From a virus, in the IMG/VR virus record IMGVR_UViG_3300023174_000129, positions 1-64,000 of that record: a stretch of DNA of 64,000 bases; one strand, 5' to 3'. The position numbers were made by a program, and so were the translations under genes. Positions 21,541 to 31,547 of this stretch are shown here, one piece after another. Positions within the stretch are counted from its first letter, which is position 1, and each line of letters begins with the position of its first letter. The notes below the pieces were generated by a model, which saw only the letters and a list, made by a program, of their open reading frames with translations, was not told the origin of the DNA and did not search any database.

Positions 21541-22881
21541 TTAAGCATCTATAAATTGATCATTTTCCAGATTTAAGAATATAGGATTCAAATTAATTTT
21601 AATTTGTGATTTTAAAAAATCACCATCTCTTTGTTTCAACATTTTCAATCTATAAAGATTTTGCCTTTTCATTTCTTCATTTCGTATAATTGCGAAGAAA
21701 GTATCCGCCGTTTCTGGTATTGCTTTACTTTCTGGCACACTTTCCAAAGATATATTTGTTGCATTCCATGCTTCTTTAGCAACTTGTAATGCACTAATAA
21801 CAGGAACTTTCCATTTTGATCCAAGTGCTCTCATACCTTCTGCTAATAATTTACCTTTTGTGTAGAGTGTATCACCATTACCGTTTGATTTTGGCGGAAC
21901 CATTAAAGTTAAATAATCAACAATAACTAAATCAATTTTAATTCCTTTTCTATCTTTTAATTTTTGTAAAAAATTATCAAAATCATTTACATTAGCAGTT
22001 CCAGCCGCCCAAAATTTAGTATAAATTTTGCCAATTTTCTTTTCAAAAAGATCAGTACCACCACCAGAAGATTTTTTTAATCCTTCAATTTTCTTTCTCA
22101 TAAATTCCGTATCTAATGATATTGTATCATAATCATTAACAGGAATCTTTAATCTCATAGCACCAACCCTTTTTAATACTTTTCTTTCAGACATCTCTAA
22201 TGTGATATACAATACATTATATCCTTGATTTGCCGAAGCAACTGCTAAATTCTGCATCCATAATGATTTACCAGAATTTGTTTCACCCATTAGCATATTT
22301 AATGTTCCTATATCCCATCCACCACCTAACATATGATCAAGCGTTGAAAATCCTGATTTTATTTTAAATTTGGATGAATCTTGAACATGTGCCTCAACAT
22401 CATCAAAATCAGAACCCATATCATCGCCATCGTTAATAAAATTAACAGAAGACATATTATCCACTATTTCTTTTATTTTTTGAGCTGTTTCATATGTAGT
22501 TTCAAAATCATTAATAGTATCTAAATTTCTTGTTTCTTCAACAATATCAACTGTACCCGCTTTTAAACGATTCGATAAAATCCAAGCATTAAATCTTGGT
22601 ATAATAAAATTAACTTCATCATATTCTCCTAAATCAACCGTAAGCATACTTTTAAGCATATCACGAGTGATTAATCCATCTTTATCATCAAGATTAACCA
22701 TTTCTAATATTTGTTTTGGAGATGGAAGTTCAATATCACTGTCAGTTAGCATATATTTTCTAATGACGGTGTAAACAAATTGAATCTCATTATTCTTGAA
22801 GAAAAATGGTTCAATTAAGTGGAAAAATTTTTTATTTTGCAGTATATAGCCAAAAAATATCTTTTCAATGCCGATTGTCAT
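21541..22881 (-). CDS. Replicative DNA helicase (DnaB / T4 gp41-like)
   Basis: Walker A GETNSGKS, YITLEMSE, VIVDYL, SALQ, KQRDG. Confidence 0.92.
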   Translation of the reverse strand: MTIGIEKIFFGYILQNKKFFHLIEPFFFKNNEIQFVYTVIRKYMLTDSDIELPSPKQILEMVNLDDKDGLITRDMLKSMLTVDLGEYDEVNFIIPRFNAWILSNRLKAGTVDIVEETRNLDTINDFETTYETAQKIKEIVDNMSSVNFINDGDDMGSDFDDVEAHVQDSSKFKIKSGFSTLDHMLGGGWDIGTLNMLMGETNSGKSLWMQNLAVASANQGYNVLYITLEMSERKVLKRVGAMRLKIPVNDYDTISLDTEFMRKKIEGLKKSSGGGTDLFEKKIGKIYTKFWAAGTANVNDFDNFLQKLKDRKGIKIDLVIVDYLTLMVPPKSNGNGDTLYTKGKLLAEGMRALGSKWKVPVISALQVAKEAWNATNISLESVPESKAIPETADTFFAIIRNEEMKRQNLYRLKMLKQRDGDFLKSQIKINLNPIFLNLENDQFIDA

Positions 22882-22908
22882 AAATTAATATAAATAATTT
22901 TAATAGTT

Positions 22909-22935
22909 ATTATATTACTTCATGATTTTTAGTTT
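22909..22935 (-). promoter_or_regulatory. Putative phage promoter AAAC-N17-TATAAT
   Basis: Same spacing recurs at 16814-16840(-), 31523-31549(-), 43460-43486(+), 56069-56095(+). Confidence 0.5.
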
Positions 22936-23521
22936 ATTTCGAAAACTCATTTATCGTCATGACCTTTGAGGCTTGTGATATATTTTTATTATTAACAATG
23001 TCTTTGTCTTTCAAATATGTAGTAATAACTTCTAAATCAGATAAACCAACTTTATTTTTCTCTACAAAAGATAATACGGAATCTAATGAGTTGGCTAATT
23101 TTAATATGGATTTGAAACAATTTGATAAGTTTTTAACTATATTATTTCCAACACCATTTAATTTAAGTTCCTCTAAAATAGATTTAATTTCTTTTTCAAA
23201 ATCTTCTTTCTTAAATTTATTATCAATTAAAAATTTACTATTATTTAATTGAGACGCTGAAAATCCAGCCACACACAACAAAGTAATTATTTCTTCGTTT
23301 GCTTCAATATTAAGATTTGAATTTTTAACTAATTCTTCCGTAATTTTTTCTAAAATACCTAATTTATCTTCATTATTTGTAATAAAGATTTTATGTATTT
23401 TTAATTTATCTAAATAAGTATTTTTTGGTAATGAAAATTTATTCTTTTCCAAAACCGTATCTAATAAATATGATATAAAATTAGTAGCTAATTCAATTTG
23501 TCTATAATTTAAAAGTCTCAT
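22934..23521 (-). CDS. Hypothetical protein
   Basis: 195 aa; TAATATATA upstream in a divergent pair. Confidence 0.55.
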   Translation of the reverse strand: MRLLNYRQIELATNFISYLLDTVLEKNKFSLPKNTYLDKLKIHKIFITNNEDKLGILEKITEELVKNSNLNIEANEEIITLLCVAGFSASQLNNSKFLIDNKFKKEDFEKEIKSILEELKLNGVGNNIVKNLSNCFKSILKLANSLDSVLSFVEKNKVGLSDLEVITTYLKDKDIVNNKNISQASKVMTINEFSK

Positions 23522-23550
23522 TAATTATATATTAAATTAATATATAATAA

Positions 23551-24225
23551 ATGAAAACTTTTATAGAATTTATAAACGAATCTTTATCACATCTTCGAAA
23601 TTTTTTAATAAAAAATTTCGAAGATGAGGAATATTACTTCAGAAGTGGAACTCTTTATTTAAGAATAAACAGATTTAATTATGAAAAAATTTTAAATATA
23701 ATTAAAACTATTGAAAAAACATATAAATATTTTTTATCTGGCTACCATACAGGACATTATGAAAATGATGGAGAAGATGTAGATTTTAACGAATTTAGGC
23801 GAGATATCAATAAGATAGTTAAAAATTTAATAAAAGAAACAGAGTTAGAAGATTCGAATGATGAATTAATAACACTACATTTTGAACCTTATTATGGTGA
23901 TAAGATTTATGATATACCTGATATATTATATCATGTTACAGATGAATATAATATTCATAATATTAAATCGAAAGGTTTAATACCAAGGAATACTAACAAA
24001 ATATCTTATCATCCAAAAAGAATTTATCTTTTAAAAGATAAAAAAGATGCAGATATGCTAATACAAAATGTAAATTTTGATGTTGATTTTCCAGTAATAT
24101 TAACAATTGATGTTAGTAAAATAAAATCAAATTTAAATTTTTATTCCGATGTAAATTATCCAAATGGTTTATTTATAGATCAAAGAATTAGCCCAAAATA
24201 TATAATTAATTATGAAGAATATTAA
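23551..24225 (+). CDS. ADP-ribosyltransferase-fold-like protein with capsid-targeting-like N-terminus
   Basis: Starts MKTFIEFINE; LYHVT...IKSKGLIP...RIYL pattern. Confidence 0.6.
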   Translation: MKTFIEFINESLSHLRNFLIKNFEDEEYYFRSGTLYLRINRFNYEKILNIIKTIEKTYKYFLSGYHTGHYENDGEDVDFNEFRRDINKIVKNLIKETELEDSNDELITLHFEPYYGDKIYDIPDILYHVTDEYNIHNIKSKGLIPRNTNKISYHPKRIYLLKDKKDADMLIQNVNFDVDFPVILTIDVSKIKSNLNFYSDVNYPNGLFIDQRISPKYIINYEEY

Positions 24226-24251
24226 AAAACCTGTTAAAAATAACAGGTTTT
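24224..24251. terminator. Bidirectional terminator
   Basis: aaaacctgtta-aaaa-taacaggtttt. Confidence 0.65.
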
Positions 24252-24254
24252 ATT

Positions 24255-25922
24255 TTATTTAGAATTTATATTAATTATCGATTCTAAAAACCACGAAGGA
24301 AAATAATGACTAGAATTTCGCAAAACATCTCCAAAACAAGAATCAATTATTATCGTATCGGCATAATCTGTATGCGAACGAACCGAACGACCAGACATTT
24401 GAATTAAATCAGCAACCGTTTTATATGTATAATACTCTGGATATATTTTTTGTCTCATTTTATTTTTCTGCGATGCCAAAGAAGGATAAGGTATTTTTGA
24501 TATTACCTGAAATCTACTTCTATCATGATCAAAACTAACACCAGTAGAAACAGAAGGACTAACTAAAATGGTTGGCTTTTCAGATTCAAAATGCATTTTT
24601 ATAATTTCCTCTTTATTTGACGAACTATGAAATAATAATCGTTTATCTTTAACCGAATCTTCTATCCATTTTGCTAACTCAAATGAATTAGTATGTATAA
24701 TACCTTTTACATCGGAATATTTCTTTAATAATTTCTTGAAAAATGGTATATAATTCTTAAAAGTATCCTCTTTTTTAGTATATGACATTTTACCGAGTGG
24801 CATATAATAAACCTTTCTATTCTCCATAGGAAATGGCGATGGTGCTGAATAATAAACCGATCTATCAATATCAATTCCATTAAGTGTAGAAAATATATTT
24901 TTATCTAAAATTGTTCCAGACATTAAAATTACCATATCATAATTGTCCCAAACATATTTTTTCAAATAATCTTTTGCCCATATTGGTTCCAATGATAATT
25001 CATTTATTTTGCTTTTTTCATTATATTGTGATTCAACGACCCAATTTGTAGGATTTTCGTCATATTCCTTTATAAAAACATCTATTTTTGTTGAATACTG
25101 TCGCAAATCTGTCACTAACTGCATGAATTTAATATCTTCTGATTCTATATCAAGAACAGAATTAATTTTCATATCTCTCATATCTTTTTTACCAGAATAA
25201 GATGTGCCACGACCAGACGATAAAGCTGCTTCAATTTCAGCCATAGTTTCTTGTATCTGAATCAAAAAATACCTTAAAAAATCAATATAAGTTTCTATAT
25301 TTACTACATTTTTTAATTCTTTAATAATTTCTACCTCATTAAAAAAATGAAACTTCTTTATTATTGTTTCTGTTATCTTAATAGAAATAAAATCTGACAT
25401 TACATCATCCATTAAATGGCATTCATCAACAATTAACAATCTTGAATCTCTATCTTTTAACATAGAATGCCCATAAATAGCATTAATTAAATAAAGATGG
25501 AAATTAGTTAAACTAACCTCGGAAAACATATATTGTTTTTTAGCAAAATCATGAGGACAAAATTCACATTTAGTTTTATTTAACCTATTAAATTCTTTAC
25601 CTTTTTCGCAAGAACATGCATATTGCACACAATTATAATTATCTTTACCTCTTAAAGATTTAATCTCATCATAAGTGGTTTCATATTGATCTTGAAGTAT
25701 TTTACCAGCAGTAATTATATCAACCTTTGCACCAGGCAAAACATGTGTTGTTATATAATCAGACACCATAACAGCAAAATGCGATTTTCCAATTCCAACC
25801 GCCATATTAAATAAGAAAAACTTATTATCAGGCTTTTTATCTATAACCTTTTTAAGATATTCAAGAGCTTTGTTCTGCTCAATTCTGGGCGTATATTTAA
25901 TTAAATCTTTTTTTATTGACAT
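24255..25922 (-). CDS. DinG/Rad3-family SF2 helicase
   Basis: AVGIGKS, GKDNYNC plus Cys cluster, VDECH, MSGT, KIPYP, QMSGRSVR. Confidence 0.9.
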   Translation of the reverse strand: MSIKKDLIKYTPRIEQNKALEYLKKVIDKKPDNKFFLFNMAVGIGKSHFAVMVSDYITTHVLPGAKVDIITAGKILQDQYETTYDEIKSLRGKDNYNCVQYACSCEKGKEFNRLNKTKCEFCPHDFAKKQYMFSEVSLTNFHLYLINAIYGHSMLKDRDSRLLIVDECHLMDDVMSDFISIKITETIIKKFHFFNEVEIIKELKNVVNIETYIDFLRYFLIQIQETMAEIEAALSSGRGTSYSGKKDMRDMKINSVLDIESEDIKFMQLVTDLRQYSTKIDVFIKEYDENPTNWVVESQYNEKSKINELSLEPIWAKDYLKKYVWDNYDMVILMSGTILDKNIFSTLNGIDIDRSVYYSAPSPFPMENRKVYYMPLGKMSYTKKEDTFKNYIPFFKKLLKKYSDVKGIIHTNSFELAKWIEDSVKDKRLLFHSSSNKEEIIKMHFESEKPTILVSPSVSTGVSFDHDRSRFQVISKIPYPSLASQKNKMRQKIYPEYYTYKTVADLIQMSGRSVRSHTDYADTIIIDSCFGDVLRNSSHYFPSWFLESIININSK

Positions 25923-25965
25923 ACTATTTATAGTATTAAAAAATTAGAATGTTTTTTCTCATTTA

Positions 25966-26046
25966 TTAAGCAATATCAAACTTATCCGGGTTGAAAATAT
26001 TATAATGTGATTCCTTAAATATATTTTCCTGTATGATATAATGCAT
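25966..26046 (-). pseudogene. 26-aa ORF or truncated gene remnant
   Basis: MHYIIQENIFKESHYNIFNPDKFDIA directly after a TAAATTTG box (26050-26057). Confidence 0.3.
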
Positions 26047-26101
26047 AAGCAAATTTACAAAAAATAATTCAATTTACAAAATATCATTTAATATATAATA
26101 A

Positions 26102-26902
26102 ATGAAATATATTAAACTTTTTGAAAATTATAATAAAGATAGAAGTGGAATCACATTCACGGATGAAGTTACTAATGCTTATTCTGGACAAGTTAATTGC
26201 ACAAGCACAATCTCAAAAAATGGTAAATTTATTGGATATGTTGATTATGTTTTATATGATAATGAATTAACAGTTAGTTATATTTCAATAGATGAAAATG
26301 AAAGAAGATTAGGTTATGCTTCGCTATTAATGAATCATATAAGAAAAATAAATCCAAAATATACATATAAACCTTCATATACAACAGATTTAGGAAATCA
26401 ATTCAAAGAAAAAGATTATATGATATATTATCATGGTGGCGATTTAGATAAAAATTTCAAATATCATAAAAAAGGAAGATATGAATATGGCGTTGGTTTA
26501 TATGCAACAGAAAGATTAGATACAGCTATGTTATATAAAAAAGGTGGTGGTAGAAAAATATATCAATTAATAGTCGAAAAAGGTAATGATATAAATGATG
26601 TTAAATTTGATACAGATAAATGCATTGAATTTATCAAATATTATGCTAAAGCCGATAAAAAGAAAGAATTAATAGAAATAATAAATAAAAAAAGCCAAGA
26701 AAATAAAATTCCAGGCTATTTCTTTCAAAATATGATTTTAAATCACGAAGCCATAACAGCTACCAAAACAATACTTTTAAGGAACTTTTTAGTTAAAAAT
26801 GGTGCAGATTATGAAATACACGATAAAACATTTGGATTCCATGAAAAAATGATTGTAATATTTAATATGGATAAAATTGCAAAAACTATTCAAATTAGAT
26901 AA
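26102..26902 (+). CDS. GNAT acetyltransferase plus ART-like domain fusion, tag family
   Basis: MKYIKLFENY; ISIDENERRLGYASLL (GNAT motif A); IYYHGG...YGVGLYAT. Confidence 0.65.
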   Translation: MKYIKLFENYNKDRSGITFTDEVTNAYSGQVNCTSTISKNGKFIGYVDYVLYDNELTVSYISIDENERRLGYASLLMNHIRKINPKYTYKPSYTTDLGNQFKEKDYMIYYHGGDLDKNFKYHKKGRYEYGVGLYATERLDTAMLYKKGGGRKIYQLIVEKGNDINDVKFDTDKCIEFIKYYAKADKKKELIEIINKKSQENKIPGYFFQNMILNHEAITATKTILLRNFLVKNGADYEIHDKTFGFHEKMIVIFNMDKIAKTIQIR

Positions 26903-27885
26903 TTAATATAGTTAACTTCATTAGTTCCTTCAATTATTTCACCAATTTCATAAGCATTAATTCCATATTCTATTGAATCTGATATTATCGCATTTGCATG
27001 CATTTCATCAACAACTAAAACCATGCCAACACCACAATTAAATGTTCTTAACATCTCAACATCATTTAAATTAGCTGCTTCTTTAATTAATTTAAATACT
27101 GGTAATATATCAATTTTATCTAAATAGATATTTGCATCTACATTATTTAATATTCTATTTAAATTTTCTTTAATACCACCACCTGTTATATGAGCCATTC
27201 CATTTATATTATATTTTAATAATTCTTTTACTAAATTATAATAACAAGTATGTGGTTTCAATATCGCTTCTAAAAAATTATCATCATTTATAATAGGTAT
27301 TAATTTTCTAATTAATGAATAACCATTTGTATGCGGACCATTTGATGCTAAAGCAATTATTTTATTACCAATTTTAATATTAGAACCATCAATTATTTTA
27401 TCTCTTTCAATAATTCCTATAATACTTGATGTTAAGATATAGTTTCCCGAAGATAACACACCTGGTTGCTCAGATGTTTCACCACCAATTAAATTACATC
27501 CTTGTGCTTTACAAGCATCTGACATACCTTTAACTAATCTTTTAATAATATCTGGTTGTAATTCACCACATATTATAGCATCTTGAACAACTAAAGGTGT
27601 AGCTCCCATAACGATAATATCATTAATTAAATGGTTAATCATATCATAACAGATAGATTCAACTTTATTATTATCAATTGCTAATTTTTGTTTTGAACCA
27701 GGTTCTTCTGTTTTCATAACAAGAATTGGATCTTTGTAATTATTTAACCCTAAATCAATTAAAGATGCAAAGGCACCTACTTTATTCAAAACTTTTTTAT
27801 TATCAGTATCTAATATAGATTTCATTTCAGTTTTAACACTATTCGCTTTATCTATATTTACACCCGAATCTTTGTATGTAATCAT
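26890..27885 (-). CDS. purM: Phosphoribosylformylglycinamidine cyclo-ligase (AIR synthetase)
   Basis: YKDSGVNI, GGETSEQPG, SNGPHTNGYSL, AHITGGG, RTFNCGVG. Confidence 0.93.
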   Translation of the reverse strand: MITYKDSGVNIDKANSVKTEMKSILDTDNKKVLNKVGAFASLIDLGLNNYKDPILVMKTEEPGSKQKLAIDNNKVESICYDMINHLINDIIVMGATPLVVQDAIICGELQPDIIKRLVKGMSDACKAQGCNLIGGETSEQPGVLSSGNYILTSSIIGIIERDKIIDGSNIKIGNKIIALASNGPHTNGYSLIRKLIPIINDDNFLEAILKPHTCYYNLVKELLKYNINGMAHITGGGIKENLNRILNNVDANIYLDKIDILPVFKLIKEAANLNDVEMLRTFNCGVGMVLVVDEMHANAIISDSIEYGINAYEIGEIIEGTNEVNYINYLI

Positions 27886-27887
27886 AT

Positions 27888-28313
27888 TTAATTTTCTTTT
27901 AACATCATAACAGGATTACCACCAGACATTCCTATTATTTCAAAACCATATCCCTCATACCACTTAACTAAATCAAATTTATTGTCTGCCAATAAATCAG
28001 CTATTAATATAATAGATTTAGCTTCTGACGCAGCATCAAGGAATGTTTCCATAGCTTCATTACCATATCCTCTATTTCTATAATCTGATTCAACATTTAT
28101 ATTTTTTAATATAGCAACTGGAAATTCGATTAAATTTTCATCAATATTTAATTTAACTCTTTCAAGATAAAGCCAATTATCTAAATATTCTTTTTTAAAA
28201 TGTATAATACCATGCACCTCGCCGATATATTCGTCTTCAGAAATAGGTATATCAATAACTATTGATTCTTCATTTGATTCTTCATAAGATTCAAAATATT
28301 TTAAATACTTCAT
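27888..28313 (-). CDS. GNAT acetyltransferase, tag family
   Basis: MKYLKYFESY; INVESDYRNRGYG; WYEGYGF. Confidence 0.8.
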   Translation of the reverse strand: MKYLKYFESYEESNEESIVIDIPISEDEYIGEVHGIIHFKKEYLDNWLYLERVKLNIDENLIEFPVAILKNINVESDYRNRGYGNEAMETFLDAASEAKSIILIADLLADNKFDLVKWYEGYGFEIIGMSGGNPVMMLKEN

Positions 28314-28342
28314 GTAATTATATATTTATATAATAAATAGGA

Positions 28343-29323
28343 TTAATCTATTTTTTTCTTCTCCCAAAAAATTGGATATTCTTTTTTTCTTAAAGTAATA
28401 CTTTCTCCTATAATATTTTCTATAATTACCGTCTGTTTATTTCTCTTCAAAAGTTTATAATCTAAATAAATATCACCTTCTTTAATTTTAAAAGAATTAT
28501 TTAATACCTTATCTTTTTCTTCTTTAAATTTAAAAATATATTTTTTTGGAGTTTTTACTATACCTCTACAAGTTTTGCCAATTAAAGATTCGGAAATATT
28601 TAATTCAATAGATGCTTCTTTTATTGAATTAAATTCTTTTATAAACTCACCATCTATTGAAAATTGTAAAACTTTTTTACTATTAAATTCTGCACTCTTT
28701 TTGGACATAGCCGTTTGAACAACAGCTGCATTTCTTTTATCCTTTATCTTTTGTATAGTTTCCAAATCGTGTTTTCTACCAAACATAGGATGTTTTAGTC
28801 CAGAAACTCTTATTGATTGTTCCTCTTTAACTTTTTCTGTATGGGGTTTACCAAACATAGGATTGTTTTCTCCTTTATTTATTTCTTTTAATTTTTCTTT
28901 TGTTTCTTCGGTATGTGCGTTATGTAGATTTTGAGATTTTTTAGTTTTTGAAATTTTCAATTTAGTTTCTTTGGAGTGTGGAGAAGTTAATCTTCCATCA
29001 CCACCATCAGTTAAATTAGTCAAAGGACCTTTATTCAAATCTCTTCTTCCGATTTTTGAAATTAATTGTTTTTCTATTTCTAGTGCTTCTAAATTTTCTA
29101 AATTTTCGAATAATTTAAATCTTATAACATTACCACCTTTTTCTTTTATTGACTTTATTTTACTGCTTTTAAAAACACCTTTAGTGCACATAGAGTTTAT
29201 TATTCTATCATCACTTCCTTTTCCTATATAAAAAGGTTCATAATCAAATTCTAAATCTTCATAAATAAACTTACCAGATTTAGTATCATCTAAAAATACA
29301 TAAATATAATATTTCTTTCTCAT
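28343..29323 (-). CDS. GIY-YIG homing endonuclease with NUMOD3 and NUMOD1-type domains
   Basis: YYIYVF...FYIGKG...R, NLTDGGDG, HSKETKLKIS, NNPMFGKPHT. Confidence 0.85.
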   Translation of the reverse strand: MRKKYYIYVFLDDTKSGKFIYEDLEFDYEPFYIGKGSDDRIINSMCTKGVFKSSKIKSIKEKGGNVIRFKLFENLENLEALEIEKQLISKIGRRDLNKGPLTNLTDGGDGRLTSPHSKETKLKISKTKKSQNLHNAHTEETKEKLKEINKGENNPMFGKPHTEKVKEEQSIRVSGLKHPMFGRKHDLETIQKIKDKRNAAVVQTAMSKKSAEFNSKKVLQFSIDGEFIKEFNSIKEASIELNISESLIGKTCRGIVKTPKKYIFKFKEEKDKVLNNSFKIKEGDIYLDYKLLKRNKQTVIIENIIGESITLRKKEYPIFWEKKKID

Positions 29324-29351
29324 AAAATATATATTAAAAGACTTTGCTTCC

Positions 29352-30881
29352 CTATATCATATTTTCAATTTCTTCTTCTAAATTTTTTATTTTATCTTGT
29401 AATTTCTTATACTCCTCTTTTTTTGACATCATTACTTTTTTTGCCTTCTTCCTATCCGCATAAACATCTTCAAGCATTCTCAAAGTAGGAGAACGATGTT
29501 TTTTGAAAACAACACCATTCACACACACCACATGTTTAGATAAATCAATAACTGTGCCATTAGTGCACACATTTTTATATTCGGGATTTTGAAGTCCAAC
29601 AAAATTTTCAGGAGCAATATAGAATTCCAACTGAGTTGTTGGATAAAGCGAAGCGAAGTCATAACAAACAACCCATTGTTGCATACCAGTCACCGGGTCT
29701 TTAACCCATCCACCAGCAAGTCCAGCTTCACCGTCATCAAAAGATGCTCTATCTTCATTTTTAAATAGAACGATATTTTCCATATCTCTAAATCTATCTC
29801 TTAGAACGCCTTCTGTTATTGCTAATGATGCTAACGCTCCTTTAGCCTGATTAATTACATCTTTAATTTGTATTTTAGATAATGAAGAAACCGCAAATAT
29901 TATTGATGCGTAATTTTTAGATTCATGTATCTTTTGAACCAACACAGAGTCAACTGTGTTGTAATACATGAATTTCTCAAAATCTTCTTCATATAATTTT
30001 GATAAACTGCCAGTATATTTAATCTTATTAACACCTACTAATTTACTTGATACATAATCCAAAGAAGACGATTCTTTTACCTTAATAGAAGTATCACATA
30101 TTTCATATAACTGCATATAATCAAATACCAACCTATGTGCTGGCAATTCATATTTAGTCATAAAAATATGATTTAATCTTTTAGTAGGTGAGGAAATATT
30201 TGGATCAATTGTTAGTTGTTCACCATTAACAATTTTATTAATTTTTCTGGCACGATTTACTAAATACATCCAGTCATAACCAATAAAATTCCAACCTGTA
30301 ATGCAAGTCATTTTAGGTATCATATCATAAAAAAATGATCTGAGCATATCAAATTCATCATCATATTTAATATACTTGAATTTATATTGACTATTATATT
30401 TTTCAAAATATTCATTTGTGCCATCAATAATTCTTTTTTGCATATCTTGTGGCATTTCTTTTAAACCCATTAGAATTATTTTATCAGCATATACCACAGA
30501 TATAGAAAGTATTTGACCATTTGGATCCTCAGGTTGAGAATAACCACCTGTAATCGGGTCAAGATCAGTTTCTATATCGACAAAATATATTTCAGGTTCA
30601 TTATATTCAAATATTTCTTGCTTTTCTGATTCTGGCAAAGCATCTAAAAACTCATAAATAGCGTATCGATCAGGATAACCTGCAGGCACTCTTTTAACAG
30701 GTTTGCCTTCCCATGAAGTAAATAAAGGATGTTTTTCAGGATCAGACGAATCACAGTTTTGATATTTCATTGGATTTGCCCAATCGTAATATTTTAATTT
30801 TATTTTACCAGTTTTATCAACAAATGATAAAATTAACTTTTTTGTGTGACTTAAATATTGTGAATCTATTAACATAGACAT
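29352..30881 (-). CDS. Family B DNA polymerase, N-terminal part (exonuclease plus motif A) of a split enzyme
   Basis: VDIET, GWNFIGYD, YNTVDS, YDFASLYP; ends after DRKKAK without motifs B and C. Confidence 0.88.
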   Translation of the reverse strand: MSMLIDSQYLSHTKKLILSFVDKTGKIKLKYYDWANPMKYQNCDSSDPEKHPLFTSWEGKPVKRVPAGYPDRYAIYEFLDALPESEKQEIFEYNEPEIYFVDIETDLDPITGGYSQPEDPNGQILSISVVYADKIILMGLKEMPQDMQKRIIDGTNEYFEKYNSQYKFKYIKYDDEFDMLRSFFYDMIPKMTCITGWNFIGYDWMYLVNRARKINKIVNGEQLTIDPNISSPTKRLNHIFMTKYELPAHRLVFDYMQLYEICDTSIKVKESSSLDYVSSKLVGVNKIKYTGSLSKLYEEDFEKFMYYNTVDSVLVQKIHESKNYASIIFAVSSLSKIQIKDVINQAKGALASLAITEGVLRDRFRDMENIVLFKNEDRASFDDGEAGLAGGWVKDPVTGMQQWVVCYDFASLYPTTQLEFYIAPENFVGLQNPEYKNVCTNGTVIDLSKHVVCVNGVVFKKHRSPTLRMLEDVYADRKKAKKVMMSKKEEYKKLQDKIKNLEEEIENMI

Positions 30882-30939
30882 GTATATTCATGAAAAAAAT
30901 TAAAGTTTAATAAAAAAAAAGATTGAAAAATCAATCTCC

Positions 30940-31518
30940 TTAATTTGTTATTTCTTCCATATGATTTATATTTGCCCTTAACAAGGTAGATGGAAATACT
31001 TTTTTATTTTCATAAAAATCCTCATATGCCATCCTCATTTTTTGAGCACACATCTTATACGGAACATATCCCGTTCCAGTTCCAAGACCTGGTATTACAC
31101 AAGAAGCATTTTCTGAATATCTTTTAACCCCTAAAAATATAGCTTTTGCTGAAAGATATACATTTGGTGTGCCATTTAAATATAATGGGACTCTCATAGT
31201 TGGCGCTAATAGTATTTTTGGGTATTGTGTAAAATCAGTATCTATTAAACAAGATTGTCCAACTAATATTTCACCATCATATTCTTCTTGTATTCTTCTT
31301 TGGAACTCTTCTTGAATATGCCATCCCATTCTATTACTATAAGCCAATTCAATACCACCATTCATAAACCCAAAAGAGTTTGCTGGTGAGGCAACAATAT
31401 CGGCTGATTTATCAAATATATCACCATGATAGAATTCAAAATTAGCATAATTTTTAAATTCTTCATACCATGCATCAACCATTTCTTTATTCCTATCGAT
31501 TAATATAAATTTATTCAT
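30940..31518 (-). CDS. Macro domain (ADP-ribose binding/hydrolase) protein
   Basis: GDIF, SPANSFGFMNGGI, APTMR, PGLGTGTG. Confidence 0.9.
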   Translation of the reverse strand: MNKFILIDRNKEMVDAWYEEFKNYANFEFYHGDIFDKSADIVASPANSFGFMNGGIELAYSNRMGWHIQEEFQRRIQEEYDGEILVGQSCLIDTDFTQYPKILLAPTMRVPLYLNGTPNVYLSAKAIFLGVKRYSENASCVIPGLGTGTGYVPYKMCAQKMRMAYEDFYENKKVFPSTLLRANINHMEEITN

Positions 31519-31547
31519 ATAGTGTATATTAATAAATTAGAATTAGT

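Noticed and set aside
28343-29352. Group I intron splitting polB
   Set aside because: Only 28 nt separate polB and the endonuclease, no room for a ribozyme core, and no downstream polB exon follows
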